The translations under genes were made by a program, and so were the position numbers. A DNA stretch of 63,365 bases, counting the filler, from Saprolegnia diclina VS20 (lineage: Eukaryota), in assembly GCF_000281045.1 (NCBI RefSeq). It is 5 parts of 2 records of this genome, joined end to end, with 100 filler letters (N's around TTAATTAATTAA, not from the genome) between each part and the next. Parts side by side here need not be neighbours in the genome. Positions count along the whole stretch, not along the records: positions 35,134 to 61,399 come from NW_008246127.1; 4 more parts are not named here. One strand, 5' to 3'. How positions within the stretch are numbered: position 1 is the first letter of the stretch; the number at the start of each line of letters is the position of its first letter. The notes under the pieces are model-generated. The model worked only from the letters and a program-made list of their open reading frames with translations, was not told the DNA's origin and ran no database searches. Below are positions 48,861-61,499 of the stretch, piece after piece.

Positions 48861-49289
48861 CCATCGCTCGCACTTTGGGCGAAGACGGCACCGACCAGTT
48901 GTCCATCGAAATGGCTCAAGCGTCATCAAACCTGCTATCGCACAGCCGCACAGCTCACGGACCGGCGATCGAGCTCAGTAATTTCTACGCAAAGCGCGGT
49001 ATTTTCTATGCAGAGGTCGAAGACACGTGCCCGAGATCGGTATCGAATACGCACAACATGTAGTGGAAGCGATGCTCAACCACCTGATGAAGTCCACCTC
49101 TCGGCCTTGTTGATGGAACGGCGTCCCAGCACGTCTCCCGACTCGACTGGCACCATCCAGCGACCGACGTGGACGACTTCGCAGCCATGATCCACGTAGC
49201 TTGCGCCATCCAGTCGGAAGAGCGCCGACGAGCAAATTTAGCACAAGGCAACACGTCACGAGGAGGCAGTAGTCTATGAAAATGACGCT

Positions 49290-50312
49290 TTAAACCTTGG
49301 CGTCGATCATGCGCACGTTCTCTTCAGCTTGGGCAGCGCGGGCCTTGGCCTGCTTGGCGGTCTCGGCATCCTGGAACTTGCCGTAGCCATACATCATACC
49401 ACCAATCATGCCAAAGGTCACGTAGATGGCGGTCTGCGGCTTGAGCTCTTCGCCGAGGAGCAAGACGCCAATAAAGGTCGTGGGCAGCTTGTTGAGGCCG
49501 CCGACGGTCGCATACGTTGTCGCGGACGTGACGCTGACGCACCAGAAGGACGCAAGGTTGAGGCCGATGCCCATGACACCGCTGAGGAAGAGGAGGAAGA
49601 GAAACGGGACATTGCGCATGAGCGGGTTGCTCCAGACCGTGATCGCGTCGCCCGTGTACGCCATGGGGAAGAAGAGGAGCGGGATCGCGACAATGTTGTT
49701 GTAGAACGCCATGCCAAACTTGCTGAGCTTGAGCGACGACCCGGACGTCGCGTAGCGCATGTAGAGCACGTACGCGGCCGTCGAGAGGCAGTTCATGAGC
49801 ATCCAAAAGTAGCCCATGAGCGTGCTCGCGGTCGGCTTGCCGCCCACGTCGCTGTACGAGGTGAGGATCGCGCCCATGAGCATGACGGCAAGCGAGCCGA
49901 GGACCATCGGGCCGACCTTCTCGCCAAAGAGGCGGTACTCGCCAAAGACGATGATCAAGTTGGTCACGTTCTTGAAGACGGTGACAATGTGAATCGGGAG
50001 GCCGGCCGTCGCGAGCGTGCCCGTGTAGAGCATGGCCACAAAGAAGCCTGTGACCGGCGCCCAGCGCTTGGCGGTCTCCATGCTGAAGTTCTCGTACTGG
50101 ATGTGGCCGCGGGCCTTGGCGGCCTCAAGCACGAGGACGCCGATGACGGCCTGCGCGAGGATGACGAAGGACTTCTCGGCGAAGTTGTAGTACTTGGCGC
50201 CGACGATGTACCGGTTCGCGAGCACCATCGCGTTGGACATGAGGCTGTACACCAAGCACGAGACGACGGCCATCGACGTCGTCGGCGTCTTTGCGGTCGC
50301 GTCCGAAGCCAT
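49290..50312 (-). CDS. GDP-mannose (GDP-sugar) transporter, VRG4/GONST-like
   Basis: About 10 TM segments, FKNVTN, FYNN and TTYATVGGLNK (the GxLNK GDP-sugar motif). Confidence 0.9.
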   Translation of the reverse strand: MASDATAKTPTTSMAVVSCLVYSLMSNAMVLANRYIVGAKYYNFAEKSFVILAQAVIGVLVLEAAKARGHIQYENFSMETAKRWAPVTGFFVAMLYTGTLATAGLPIHIVTVFKNVTNLIIVFGEYRLFGEKVGPMVLGSLAVMLMGAILTSYSDVGGKPTASTLMGYFWMLMNCLSTAAYVLYMRYATSGSSLKLSKFGMAFYNNIVAIPLLFFPMAYTGDAITVWSNPLMRNVPFLFLLFLSGVMGIGLNLASFWCVSVTSATTYATVGGLNKLPTTFIGVLLLGEELKPQTAIYVTFGMIGGMMYGYGKFQDAETAKQAKARAAQAEENVRMIDAKV

Positions 50313-51673
50313 GGCTGCAAATCCACAAGTGACATTGCCCGATACCGCACTTGCGCCAAGTATGACATACAAAATTCAAGATATGTCACTATTGCCAGGG
50401 AATCTCATCCCAACCGGACCACCGAGGACGAAATGGTGTGTGTCCACTTGTCTAGAGCAGCTGGCAATGGCAAATAGCTGCTCAAATAGCTTGGTCGAAG
50501 CAGAGACGGTGGTGATGGTGCGTCGCTACGTAGGAGCACTACGTACGAGGTCGAGTCAAAGCAGCGAACTCGACGTTGCAATTTCTTGTGCTTCCTTGGG
50601 AGATCACATCGAGCTGCAGTGACGGAGAGGAGACACGAGACAGTCGTTATGAAGCTAACGTCATGGGCGCTCGGTAGAAATGCCGGTGTGCTGCGATTGC
50701 ATCGGAGCTCAAGAGCTTGTGCTTGTACTCGAACAGTGTAAAGCTATAGGCAAGGGTCCATAACTTGTTCGTTAAACCTTGCTATAGGCTGCTAAGGAGG
50801 TGGACGGTGGCGGTCGCTTGTCGAGCGATCGGACTAAGTAAAGACGATGTCGAGTTGCGTGTGACACAAGCAGGACTAGAGCGTGTGTCGCTAACACGAG
50901 GGATGTGACCGGATATCATTGACCATTATCCGGATGTACGACGTTACACATTGACCAAGAGCCCAGGAAGCGACGAAGGAGGATCCACAAGAGCGGCCGA
51001 GGTCCGCACAATGGCGCAGTGGCGCGACCAAGTGGGCTCGTGGCGCTAGGCAAAGAGAGGTGCTTGTGCGCGTCTTGGTATATCTTGAATGAAGCCGGCC
51101 ATTGTAGCCCTCGTGCTACGGGGACGAGGCAACATTCGCCTGGTGCTAACGCAGGCACGCTTCCCTCCCCGCTCGAATGGAACTTGCATCTGCATCTGCC
51201 ACGCTAAGAAGCGACCGTTTGCGCATAGCACAAGTGCTGCCGCCCACAACGACAGGCAGTGGACAATGCCAACGCAGGCCCGTGTGGTGTCGCTAGCCAC
51301 AGAGGCATACGAGGCATGAAGCTCACATCGAATCTACTGGTGGGCTCATCCCTGGGCTCGTGTCGTGTACTGTACTTGCTCACTGCATGATGGCCGTCCA
51401 AACGATGTGATGGGCAACGCAAGCCGGTGGTAGCAGCAGGATCGCTGGATCGTAAAAGCAACGCGCCATGGCGGGTACAAGCCATTCGCTCATGAAGCAG
51501 CAGCACAGCATCATGCAGGCCAGCGCGCTAGTGCGACGCCCGCCCATGAGGCCGCGCCGTTGTCCTTGTCTGCGGCCACGCGGCTTGCAACATCGGGTCC
51601 AACTCTACGCCCATTGGCTGAAATCCGGTGAAATTGCCAGTTTTCGCCCAGTCAGCCCGGTTGAAGAACGAGG

Positions 51674-54600
51674 ATGACCGAAGCGACGGCCTTCGCCCGG
51701 TTCCTCCCGGGGCTGCGCAGCGCGAACGCGACGACGCGGACCAAGACGGCGCGGACGCTCTGCCTGTACCTCGAGTCCGAGGCGCGGGACCTGCCCATGG
51801 CCGAGTACGCGACGACGGTCTCGGCCATCAGCGGTCGCATCATCGAGATGATCCTCGGGTCCGACCTCGCCGAGCGCACCGGGGGCATCGTGGCCATGGA
51901 CAACCTCGTTGACCTCTTCATTGCTGACAACCAAGACTCGCGCATCTCGGAGTTTGCGCACGCGCTCATCAAGGTGTTTGAGAAGACGGCCAACACGGAG
52001 ATCCCAACGCTCAAGGCCGGCGGGAAGGCGCTCGGCCACCTCGTCTCATCCGGCGGTACGTCGCTCATCGAGTTCATCGAAGAGTACCACATGAAGCCCG
52101 CGCTTTCTTGGCTCGAGAAGGAGAGCTTCCAGGTCCGGCGCCAGGCCGCGGTCATCATCATGCGCGAGCTCGCCATCAACGCGCCCGCGATCCTCTTCCG
52201 GCACATTGACACGTTCTTTGACGTCATTTGGAACGCGTTCGGCGACAGCAAGCAGCCGACGCGCGAAGGCGCGGCCGACGCGCTCCAGGCCTGCTTTGCG
52301 CTCCTCCAAGCCCGCGACTCGAACCGCAAGAACATGTGGTACGTGCGGACGCTTGAAGAGGTGCAGCGGGGCCTCCAGCGCGGGACGCCCGAGTCGATCC
52401 ACGGCGCTCTCCTCATCTTAAACGAGCTCCTGCGGAACAGCGGCGACTTCATGTACCCGCACTACGTCCGCCAAGTCCGCGACGTGCTCAGCCTGCGGGA
52501 CCACCGGTCGTCGACGGTCCGGCGCGCGGTCATCAACCTCCTCCCGCGTCTCGCCAAGTTCAACGCGTCGACGTTCCTCGAGATGTTTTACCGGCCGAGC
52601 ATGAGCTACCTCCTTGAGGTCGCGAGCATGAACAACCCGCCGGCCGTCACGCGCGGTGACGCGCTCCTGTCGATCGGGAAGCTCTCGCTTGCGATTGGGT
52701 CACCGCTCGGCCGGGACGAGCGCACGCTCGACATGATTACGCACTGCATCAAGCTCGGGCTCCTCAAGAAGAAGGACAAGAAGGACGGCGACACGCAGCG
52801 CGAGGCGCTCAACTGCCTCCGCATGCTCGCCGACGCGATCGGCGCGGGCTTGAGCAGGATCAACTTGGAGGCGACGATCCAAAGCGTCTTCCAGTGCGAG
52901 CTCGACAAGGGCATGATCGATACGCTCACAACGCTCATGAAGCGCCTGCCCAACCAGCGCATGCTCATTCAGAACTCGCTCTTCAAGCAGCTCATGAAGC
53001 TCCTCGAGCTCAAGCCGTCCGAGTCGGCGCTCACGTCGGCGTCGCCGTCGCGCCACCGCAGCAAGACGTACACCAACTTGACCACGTCTAGTGGCTCCAA
53101 GACCAGTGTTCTCAACATCCTCTCGAGCGCGATCCAGACGGGCAAGCTCGACTACTCGCCGTCGTCACCAGCGCTCGCCGTCGACGCGCCCAACATCATT
53201 GGCATGCAGATTCTGGCGCTTGAGACGCTCGCAACCTTTGACTTTGGCGGCAACCGCCACATCCCGATCGTCCAGCGCGTCCACTCGCACGTCGTTCGGT
53301 TCTTAGACCACGACATTGCCAGCGTCCGCAAGAGCGCGGCGATCACTTGCTGCAAGCTCGTATTGCCGGCCGGCGAAGAAGCGACAGCGCTCAAGAGTGA
53401 CGTGGCCGGGCCCGTGAGCACGGTGCTGCAGAAGCTGCTCACGGTGGGCATTGCCGACACGGAGGCCGACATTCGCTCCAAGGTGCTCGCGTCATTAGAC
53501 CCGCGCTTTGACGCGCTGCTTGGACAGCCCGACAACCTCCGGTGCCTCTTCATCGCGCTCAACGACGAGGTCGTCGACATTCGGCAGACGGCCATGACGA
53601 TCCTCGGTCGGCTCACGCACCGCAACCCGTCCGCGGTCATGCCGTCACTGCGTCAGACGCTCGTACAGCTCCTCGCCGAGATTGAGTTCAGCGGCGACGC
53701 GCGGGTCAAGGACGAAGGCGCGTTGCTGCTCGGTCACTTTTTGCGCTCGGCAACGACACTCGCCAAGCCGTACGTGCTGCCGACGCTCAAGGTCCTCATG
53801 AAGAATTTGCGCCAAGAAGCGAGCACGGACGGTCGCATCCAGCTCAACAAGGCGGTCGTCGCCACGCTGGGCGACCTCGCGGTCGTCGGCCAAGACGCGC
53901 TGATCCCGTACCTGCCGCAGCTCATTCCAGAGCTCGTCGACGAGATGAGAGAGATCAAGAGCAGCACGGCCAATGTCGGCAAGATGGTCGTCGTCGTGCG
54001 CACGCTCGGGCTCCTCATCGGCAGCACGGGCTACGTCACGCGGCCGTACCACGACTACCCCGACCTGCTCGAAGGACTCTCGGCCGCGCTCCAGAAGAGC
54101 GGCGATGCCAACGTGCTCTTGCGCATCGAAGCCGGCCGCACGCTCGGTATCATTGGCGCGTTGGATCCGTACAGCTTCAAGCTCTTCCAGCTCGAAAAGC
54201 AAGGCCGAATGGGCTCGGGTCTGCTTGCGACCAAGCAAGTCGAGCAGCTAAAAGCCAACCAAGTGATCCCGGACGACCCAACGTGGGCGGGCTTGCTCCT
54301 CGGCAACGAAGTACTTCATTTCGCAAATTCGCACATGTTGACACTGGTTTGGGCGTAGAACGGCGTCGAGCAGCTCGTGATCAAGCGGCTCGTGGCCGAC
54401 CCGCTCTCGTCGATCGTCAAGCACGAGATCAAGTGCGTGCCGGCCGAGGACTTGCTGCCGTCGCTCATGATTGGCGAAGCGCAAAATTACTTCCCCGCGG
54501 TCGCCATCAACGCGCTCATTCGCATCCTCTCGGAGCCGCGCAACGCGAGCCATTACCAAGGCACGATACTGGCCATCATGTACATCTGCAAGAACCTCGG

Positions 54601-57600
54601 CAAGAAGATGGAGCCACACCTCGACAAGATCATCCCTGCGTTCCTCTACGCGCTCGAGCACGTGACGCCCGACTTGCGCATCTTTGTGTTTGACCAGCTC
54701 TCGAGTACGCTCCATTCATTGGGCGACCGGCCAACTGATAGATTGATACTATTGCGTAGCACTCGTGCGGCAAATGGAAGAAAAGGTCAAGCCGCATTTG
54801 GACAACGTGGCGATGGCGTGGATCATCCAGCAGTTTTGGGACTCGCATCTGCCGCAGGTGCTGGGACTGGTCAACGAAGTCATCAACTCGCTCGGCGAGG
54901 ACTTTGGCGTGTACCTCCCGGACCTTGTGCCGGAGCTGCTTCGCGTCATTCGCACCGAGCGCGAGGCATCGAACCGTCCGCAGACGCAGCTCGTCATGCG
55001 GACGCTCATCAGTCTCGGGCGGCTCCTCGACGGGTACCTGCACCTCGTCATCCCCGTGCTCGTCAAGCTCATCCAGAGCAACGCGGACTTTTTGCCGCGC
55101 CGCCAAGCTTTAGGGTACGGTCGCTCGGTGTCGGTATCATGTACAAAGATGTGGTCTAGGACGCTGGTGACGCTGGTCAAGAAGCTCAACGTGTCGGTGT
55201 TTGCATCGAAAATCATCCACATGCTGGCGCGCGTCATTGCGAGCGGCCACCCGGAGCTCGTGTACCTCGCCATGGACTGTCTCTGCGCCATGGTGTACAC
55301 GATGGGCGACGACTACGCCGTCTTCATCCCGGTGATCAACCAAGTGCTGCATCGGCACCCGACGCAGGGCGACGTGTTTGACAAGTACGACCTCCTCGTG
55401 TCCAAAGTGCTCAAGTACCAGCCGCTACCGGCCGTCGCATGGGGCACTGACACGCTCAAGCGCGAGCACGCGTCGTCGCTCAACACGGACTCGCTCGACG
55501 AGTTCAAGCCGCTGCCGATCAACCAAGTCGGGCTCTCGAAAGCGTGGGAGACGACGCAGAAGAGCACCAAGGACGACTGGCACGAGTGGATGCGCGCGAT
55601 CTCGGTCGAGCTCCTGCGCGAGTCGCCGTCCCTGGCGCTCCGCGCGTGCAAGGAGCTTGCGTCCGTGTACCAGCCGCTCGCACGGGAGCTCTTCAATGCG
55701 TCGTTCGTGTCGCTCTGGCCCAACCTCAACACGCACACACAAGACAACTTGATTCGCGCGCTAGAGACGGTGCTGCAGGCGCCCAACCTCCCGTCCGAGA
55801 TCCTCCAGACCTTGTTGAATCTGGCCGAGTTTATGGAGCACGACGACCAGCGGCTGCCCATCGACATCATGTTGCTCGTACGTCCGAGCATCTGGTATGC
55901 GTTTCCATGCTTGGGGTAGGGGTCGCTCGCCGAAAAGTGTCATTCGTTTGCCAAGGCGCTGCACTACAAGGAGCAAGAGTTCAACGCGACGCCGACGGCC
56001 GCCGGCATCGAAGCGCTCATCTCGATCAACAACAAGCTCAACCAATTTGAAGCCGCGGTGGGCATCGTCACGTACGCGCAAATGCACTTGCCGCGTGTGC
56101 CAGTCAAAGCGAGCTGGCACGAGAAGCTCCAGCGCTGGGACGACGCGCTCGTGGCCCATGAAGCGGTCTTGATGACGCACCCGGATGACGTCGAGGCGGT
56201 CTTTGGCAAGATGCGCTGCTTGTACGCGACAGGGCAGTGGCACGCGCTCAACGACCACATTGAAGCCATGTGGGCGCAGGTGTATGGCGACGGTGACAAG
56301 AGCAACGGCAACGACGACGACGGCGACGACGGCATCGGCGACGACAACAAGCTCCTCGATGTGCCGCCGGCGCTCAAGAAGGAGCTCTGCAGCAACGCGG
56401 CGCGGGTCGCGTTCACATTGCAAAACTGGGACATTGTGCCCAAGTACATCAACTCGGACATGGACGACACCGAGTCGCACCTCTTCCGCGCTGTGACGTG
56501 CATCCGCTCCAACGAGCTGGACGAGGCCAAGCTCGCGATTGAAGAGTGCCGGCACACGATGGACCCGACGATTCGGTCGTTCATCAGCGAGAGCTATGCG
56601 CGCGCCTACATGCCGTGCGTTGTCAACCTCCAGAACCTCGCCGAACTCGAAGAGATCATTGCGCATCTGCAGCGCGGCGCGTCGCTGACCAAGCCGATGC
56701 TCGCCAACAGCAGTCGCCCGGTGCGCGACAGCTTTTTGCAAAACCATTTGACGCGCGAGAGCTTTGTCGAAGTGCTGCCGCGCATGACGCCCCAAGCCCT
56801 TCTGCATGCACAGCAAGACGACCTCTCCCGGTACACTTTCATTCTAGACGAACGAGGAACGACGCAACATATAGACTGCAAAAGATCTGGACGGCCCGCC
56901 TCCTCGGTGTGGACCGTGACATCAAGGTCTGGCAACACGTCATGCTCGTGCGGTCGCTCATTCTCGAGCCGAAAGACGACGTTGACGTGTGGCTCAAGTA
57001 CGCGCGCCTCTGTCGCAAGTCGGGGCACCTCAACTTGGCCGCGTCGGCGCTCGCGAGCGTCGGCGCAAGTGTCTTCATGGAGTCGATCGCGACCGACGCC
57101 AACGTTCCGATCGTCAATGTACACATGCTGGAGCAAGAGACGCACAACCCGGTCGTCGCCTTTGCGTACCTCAAGCACCTCTGGGCCGAGAGCAAAGAGG
57201 AGCTCGCGCTCAAGTAGCTGCACGACCTGATCCACGCGATCGAGACCTTTGATGAGCACGACGAGCTTGTGAACCTCCGCGTGCAAGCGTACACGCAGCT
57301 CGGCAAGTGGCAAGTCGCGCTCACGGAGCCCAAGAAGCACAGCGACTTGATGTTCGACCAGGTTTAATTTTGCTAGCTGTTGTACAAAAATCCACGTTTG
57401 AGGGTAGGTGCTCGGGTGTCTCAACACGGCGACGCGCTTGGACCCGACCAACGGCAAGGCGTGGCACGAGTGGGCGCTCATGAACTTTCGAGCGACCGAG
57501 TCGGCGCGCGACGACCCGATCGCGCTGGAGAAATACGCGTCCAGTGCGATCGACGGGTTCTTCCGGTCGATTTCGTTTGGCCACCGGCGCTACGACGTGA

Positions 57601-59807
57601 CCAAGGACGTGCTGCGGCTGTTGACGCTCTGGTTCAACCACGGCGGTCGGCCAGACGTCCACGCGGCCATGACCCAAGGCCTCGCCGAAGTCTCGATCGA
57701 CACGTGGCTTGAGTTCATCCCGCAGCTGATTGCGCGCCTGCACTCGCCGACGCCCAACATGAACACGCTTTTGCACCAGCTGCTCACGCGCATTGGCCAG
57801 CACCACCCGCAGGCGCTCATCTACCCGATGACCGTCGCGTCGACGAGCATTGGCGCCAAGCGCAAGCTCGCGGCCGAGGGCATTTTAGCTGCCGTGCGCC
57901 GCCACTCGCCGCAGCTCGTGCAAGAAGCCGAGCTCGTCTCGCGTGAGCTCATTCGCGTCGCGATCCTCTGGAACGAGCTCTGGCACGGCGCGCTCGAGGA
58001 AGCCTCGCGCTTGTACTTTGCGCTCCGGGACACGAAAGCGATGCTGTCGGAACTCGCGCCGCTGCACAAGCTCCTCGATGCGATCGGGCAAGTCGAAGCG
58101 CCGACGCTGCGCGAAGTTGCGTTCTGCCAAGCGTTTGCGCGCGACTTGCAGCAAGCCAAGGCGTGGACCGACCGGTACGAGGGTACGGGCAACGTCGACG
58201 ACCTTAGCCAGGCGTGGGACCTGTACTTTAACGTGTTCAACCGCATCAAGAAGCAGATGGCCAACTTGAGCATCCTCGAGCTTGCGAACGTCGGGCCCAA
58301 GCTCCTGAGCGTCTCAAGCCTCTCGCTCGCGATTCCTGGCACGTACAAGGCCGGCGTGCCCATCACGCGCATCCAATCGTTTGGCCCGCAGCTCACGGTG
58401 CTCACGTCCAAGCAGCGGCCGCGCAAGGTGTTATATAGTGCCACCTCTTATCGGTGTGCTGACATTCGGACAGGTTGTCATGCACGGCAGCGACGGCAAG
58501 TCGTACACGTTCCTCCTCAAGGGCCACGAAGATCTGCGCCAGGACGAGCGCGTCATGCAGCTCTTTGGCCTCATCAACACGCTGTTGGCCAACGACTCGG
58601 ACACGCGGAAGCGCAATCTCGCGATCCAGCGCTTCTCGGTGCTGCCGCTGTCGCACTCGTCCGGTCTCATTGGGTGGGTCGAGAACACGGACACGCTGCA
58701 CATGCTCATCCGCGACTACCGCGAAGCGCGCAAGATCCAGCTCAACGTCGAGTACCGGCTCATGGTGCAGATGGCGCCCGACTACGAGAAGCTCACGATC
58801 GCCAACAAAGTCGAAGTCTTCCAGCACGCGATGGGCGAGACGACGGGCCAGGACCTCTACAAGGTGCTCTGGCTCAAGAGTCAGAACTCGGAAGTATGGC
58901 TCGACCGCCGCCGCAACTACACGCGGTCGCTGGCCGTCATGTCGATGGCCGGCTACATCCTCGGGCTCGGCGACCGGCACCCGGGCAACCTCATGCTGCA
59001 CCGCGTGTCGGGCAAGATCGTGCACATCGATTTCGGCGACTGCTTTGAAGTCGCGATCGAGCGCGAAAAGTACCCGGAAAAGGTCCCTTTCCGACTCACG
59101 CGCATGCTGTCGCAGGTGGCTTCTTCCTGCCAGTCAGAGAGGCTCACGTATGATGTCTCTAGGCCATGGAGGTGAGTGGACTCGAGGGCACGTTCCGGTA
59201 CACGTGCGAAGCGTCGATGCGCGTGCTGCGGGAGAACCGCGACAGTCTGATGGCGATCCTCGAGGCGTTCGTGCACGACCCGCTGATTACGTGGCGCCTC
59301 CTCGCGCCGCACGCCGTGCCATCGCACGCGTACGAGACGGAGGAGGACAAGGCGTCGGGCCCCAAGCTCATGACGGACGTGGACGAGACGGAGAAGGGCA
59401 AGCACCGCCGGTCGTCGGCCGATTCGATGCTCGAGTTTATCGAAAAGCCGAATGAGACGACGAATTTGTCGCTCAAGATGGCGGCGATGGGCCGCAGCGT
59501 CTTCGCCACCAACAAGACCAACAACAGCACCAACGCGGCGGGCACGACGACTGGCGAGAACGCGACGACCAACAGCAACGACGGCGAGCTGGACGAAGGC
59601 GGCGCGCTCGCGCCCGAGCAGCTCAACGCCAAAGCCGTCAAGGTCATTGACCGCGTGAAAAAGAAGCTCCGCGGCCGCGACTTTGAGAACCTCGGGGTCG
59701 GCCAAAAGCAGCTCAGCGTCGAGTCGCAGGTCGACCGGCTCATTGAGCAAGCCACGTCGCCCGAAAACCTCTGCCAACTCTACTACGGCTGGTGCCCCTT
59801 TTGGTAG
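51674..59807 (+). CDS. TOR: Target of rapamycin kinase (HEAT-FAT-FRB-PIKK-FATC); 8 introns; in-frame TAG at 57215-57217
   Basis: [61 protein letters not shown] and GWCPFW*. Introns at 54311-54358, 54705-54759, 55115-55159, 55878-55919, 56831-56874, 57362-57407, 58428-58473 and 59116-59162. Confidence 0.97.
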
Positions 59808-59838
59808 ATATATGTACTACAAATAGAGGCAGGTGGAT

Positions 59839-61089
59839 ATGCTTGCAGGTCTCGATAGTTCCGGAACCTCAGCCGCACAGCAACGTGACGTGGCGCGACG
59901 AGGTGGCGAGGCGGATCTTCGTCTTTTCCGGCATCCGGATACCATTGGCAAGTTCAAATTTCCGATTTTTGACGATTCCGACATGGCCGGCGGTGGCCAC
60001 CCCTATTGCCGGTGCGGTAAGCGCTGCACCAAGCGAGGCTCCGTGCGGATCAACTCTGCAGGTCTCTGCCCGCGCTGCGCACGTCTAGGCTACAAAGCCG
60101 CCGCCACTGCTATGGCCCCCAACGCAGCACCCGAAGCTAACCCACCGCCAGCACCCGCAGCTAGCCCACCGCCAGCACCCGAAGCTAACCCACCGCCAGC
60201 ACCCGACGCCATGAACCCGCGGCCGGCGCTCGAGCGACGCGCGTGTATTGGCGTGTTCCCTGCGATTCCACCCAACGCCGACGCGCGCCTCGTCATCGAG
60301 CGCTTCAACGTGATTGGGAATGGGCTATACCACAAGAGCTGCCGGGGATTGCTCGACGCCGGTGTCACAGCGCTGCGCTGCGAGTGGTGCCAGCGCAAGA
60401 TGCACAACGCAGGCCGCGAGCTCGAGCGCATTGGTGTTTTCGGCATGGTTGAAGAGCTCACGATCTCCAACTCGTCTCTGGTGCAGGACATTCGACGCCT
60501 CATGGCGACGCTCGCCATCAACCCCGAGGACCCCGACGCTATTGCAAGTCTCAACATGCTCGCGCGTGTGGCGCTCGCTGGTCGGTTCGCCCTGGACGCC
60601 GGCCGCGTCGTCGAGCGCAAAATCGCGTTCTACGTCTGCCCGGGTATCGGCCACGACGACGCCGGCCTCGCCGACGCACGGCAGCTCTGCGAGCTCGCGA
60701 GCGAGACGGTCGTCATTGCGGAGAATGGGCGGCTGCGTGGAGCTGCGTGCGCGCACTGGCAGCTCGTGGCCAAGAATGCGTTTGCATCGCCGCTCTGCAA
60801 GGTGTGTCGTCCTGCGCTTGTCAAGCTGCAGAAGAAGATTGCAACGCGCAACGAGATGCACGAGCAGGTGACGGACCCGTCGAGCAAAACCGCGTACCAG
60901 CACCTCTCCCGCGACCAACTCCAAGAACGGCTGCGTCACGCCATGACGAAACTCAAGCAGCAGGAGCGTCAAAAGATCGCTGCGAGTGGAGGGAAGCGCC
61001 CGGCGGTCGACACCAGATCGCCTCCAACGACAGCGAAGAAACCCCACACGGTACTTCCCATCAACCCAGCTATTACCCGATGGATTTAA
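59839..61089 (+). CDS. Cys-motif hypothetical protein, possibly DNA-transposase-derived
   Basis: 416-codon intronless ORF with three Cys clusters, a 24-bp x3 Pro-rich repeat (60127-60206) and a basic coiled-coil C-terminus. Confidence 0.6.
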   Translation: MLAGLDSSGTSAAQQRDVARRGGEADLRLFRHPDTIGKFKFPIFDDSDMAGGGHPYCRCGKRCTKRGSVRINSAGLCPRCARLGYKAAATAMAPNAAPEANPPPAPAASPPPAPEANPPPAPDAMNPRPALERRACIGVFPAIPPNADARLVIERFNVIGNGLYHKSCRGLLDAGVTALRCEWCQRKMHNAGRELERIGVFGMVEELTISNSSLVQDIRRLMATLAINPEDPDAIASLNMLARVALAGRFALDAGRVVERKIAFYVCPGIGHDDAGLADARQLCELASETVVIAENGRLRGAACAHWQLVAKNAFASPLCKVCRPALVKLQKKIATRNEMHEQVTDPSSKTAYQHLSRDQLQERLRHAMTKLKQQERQKIAASGGKRPAVDTRSPPTTAKKPHTVLPINPAITRWI

Positions 61090-61334
61090 TCACGCTCATA
61101 TATATATTGTCGTGCGTTTGGAGCGCTGAGCACTTGGTCAATGCATCCTGCCAGAAGCTCGCACGAAGCCTCGACGATGGTGTGTCAACTGCACCGTACG
61201 CTGACACAAGGGGCACTTGGCAGCGTGCCATCCTGCCAGGGTACGCTGGACGCAGACACTGCGATTTAGTACTACTGCCGGAAAGACTGGCTGGCATGCG
61301 GGCAATCAGAGTGGGTCAGTGCGGCTACCGACAC

Positions 61335-61399
61335 CGTCGTAACATCGTCGTGACAACGTCGTAACAGCGTCGTAACAACGTCGTGACAGTGTTACGACA
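61335..61399. repeat. Five tandem 11-bp units plus one inverted unit at contig end
   Basis: cgtcgtRacaN x5, then tgttacgaca. Confidence 0.9.
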
Positions 61400-61499
61400 N
61401 NNNNNNNNNNNNNNNNNNNNNNNNNNNNNNNNNNNNNNNNNNNTTAATTAATTAANNNNNNNNNNNNNNNNNNNNNNNNNNNNNNNNNNNNNNNNNNNN
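61400..61499. other. Artificial contig-join linker
   Basis: N44-TTAATTAATTAA-N44. Confidence 0.97.

Noticed and set aside
50400..51600. Short ORFs between the transporter and TOR
   Set aside because: No motif or splice support. Treated as divergent intergenic DNA.
24034..57217. Stop-codon reassignment or a general stop-CTG readthrough code
   Set aside because: TAA, TAG and TGA all terminate genes here, and TAG-CTG also follows the homologous true stop of the lipase pseudogene. Two cases are insufficient.
12874..61499. Recurrent TTAATTAATTAA palindrome (12918, 30603, 35078, 61444) as a biological motif, and gene neighbourhoods across it
   Set aside because: It is always centred in exactly 44+44 Ns, so it is an artificial six-frame-stop linker. 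Adjacency across it is meaningless.
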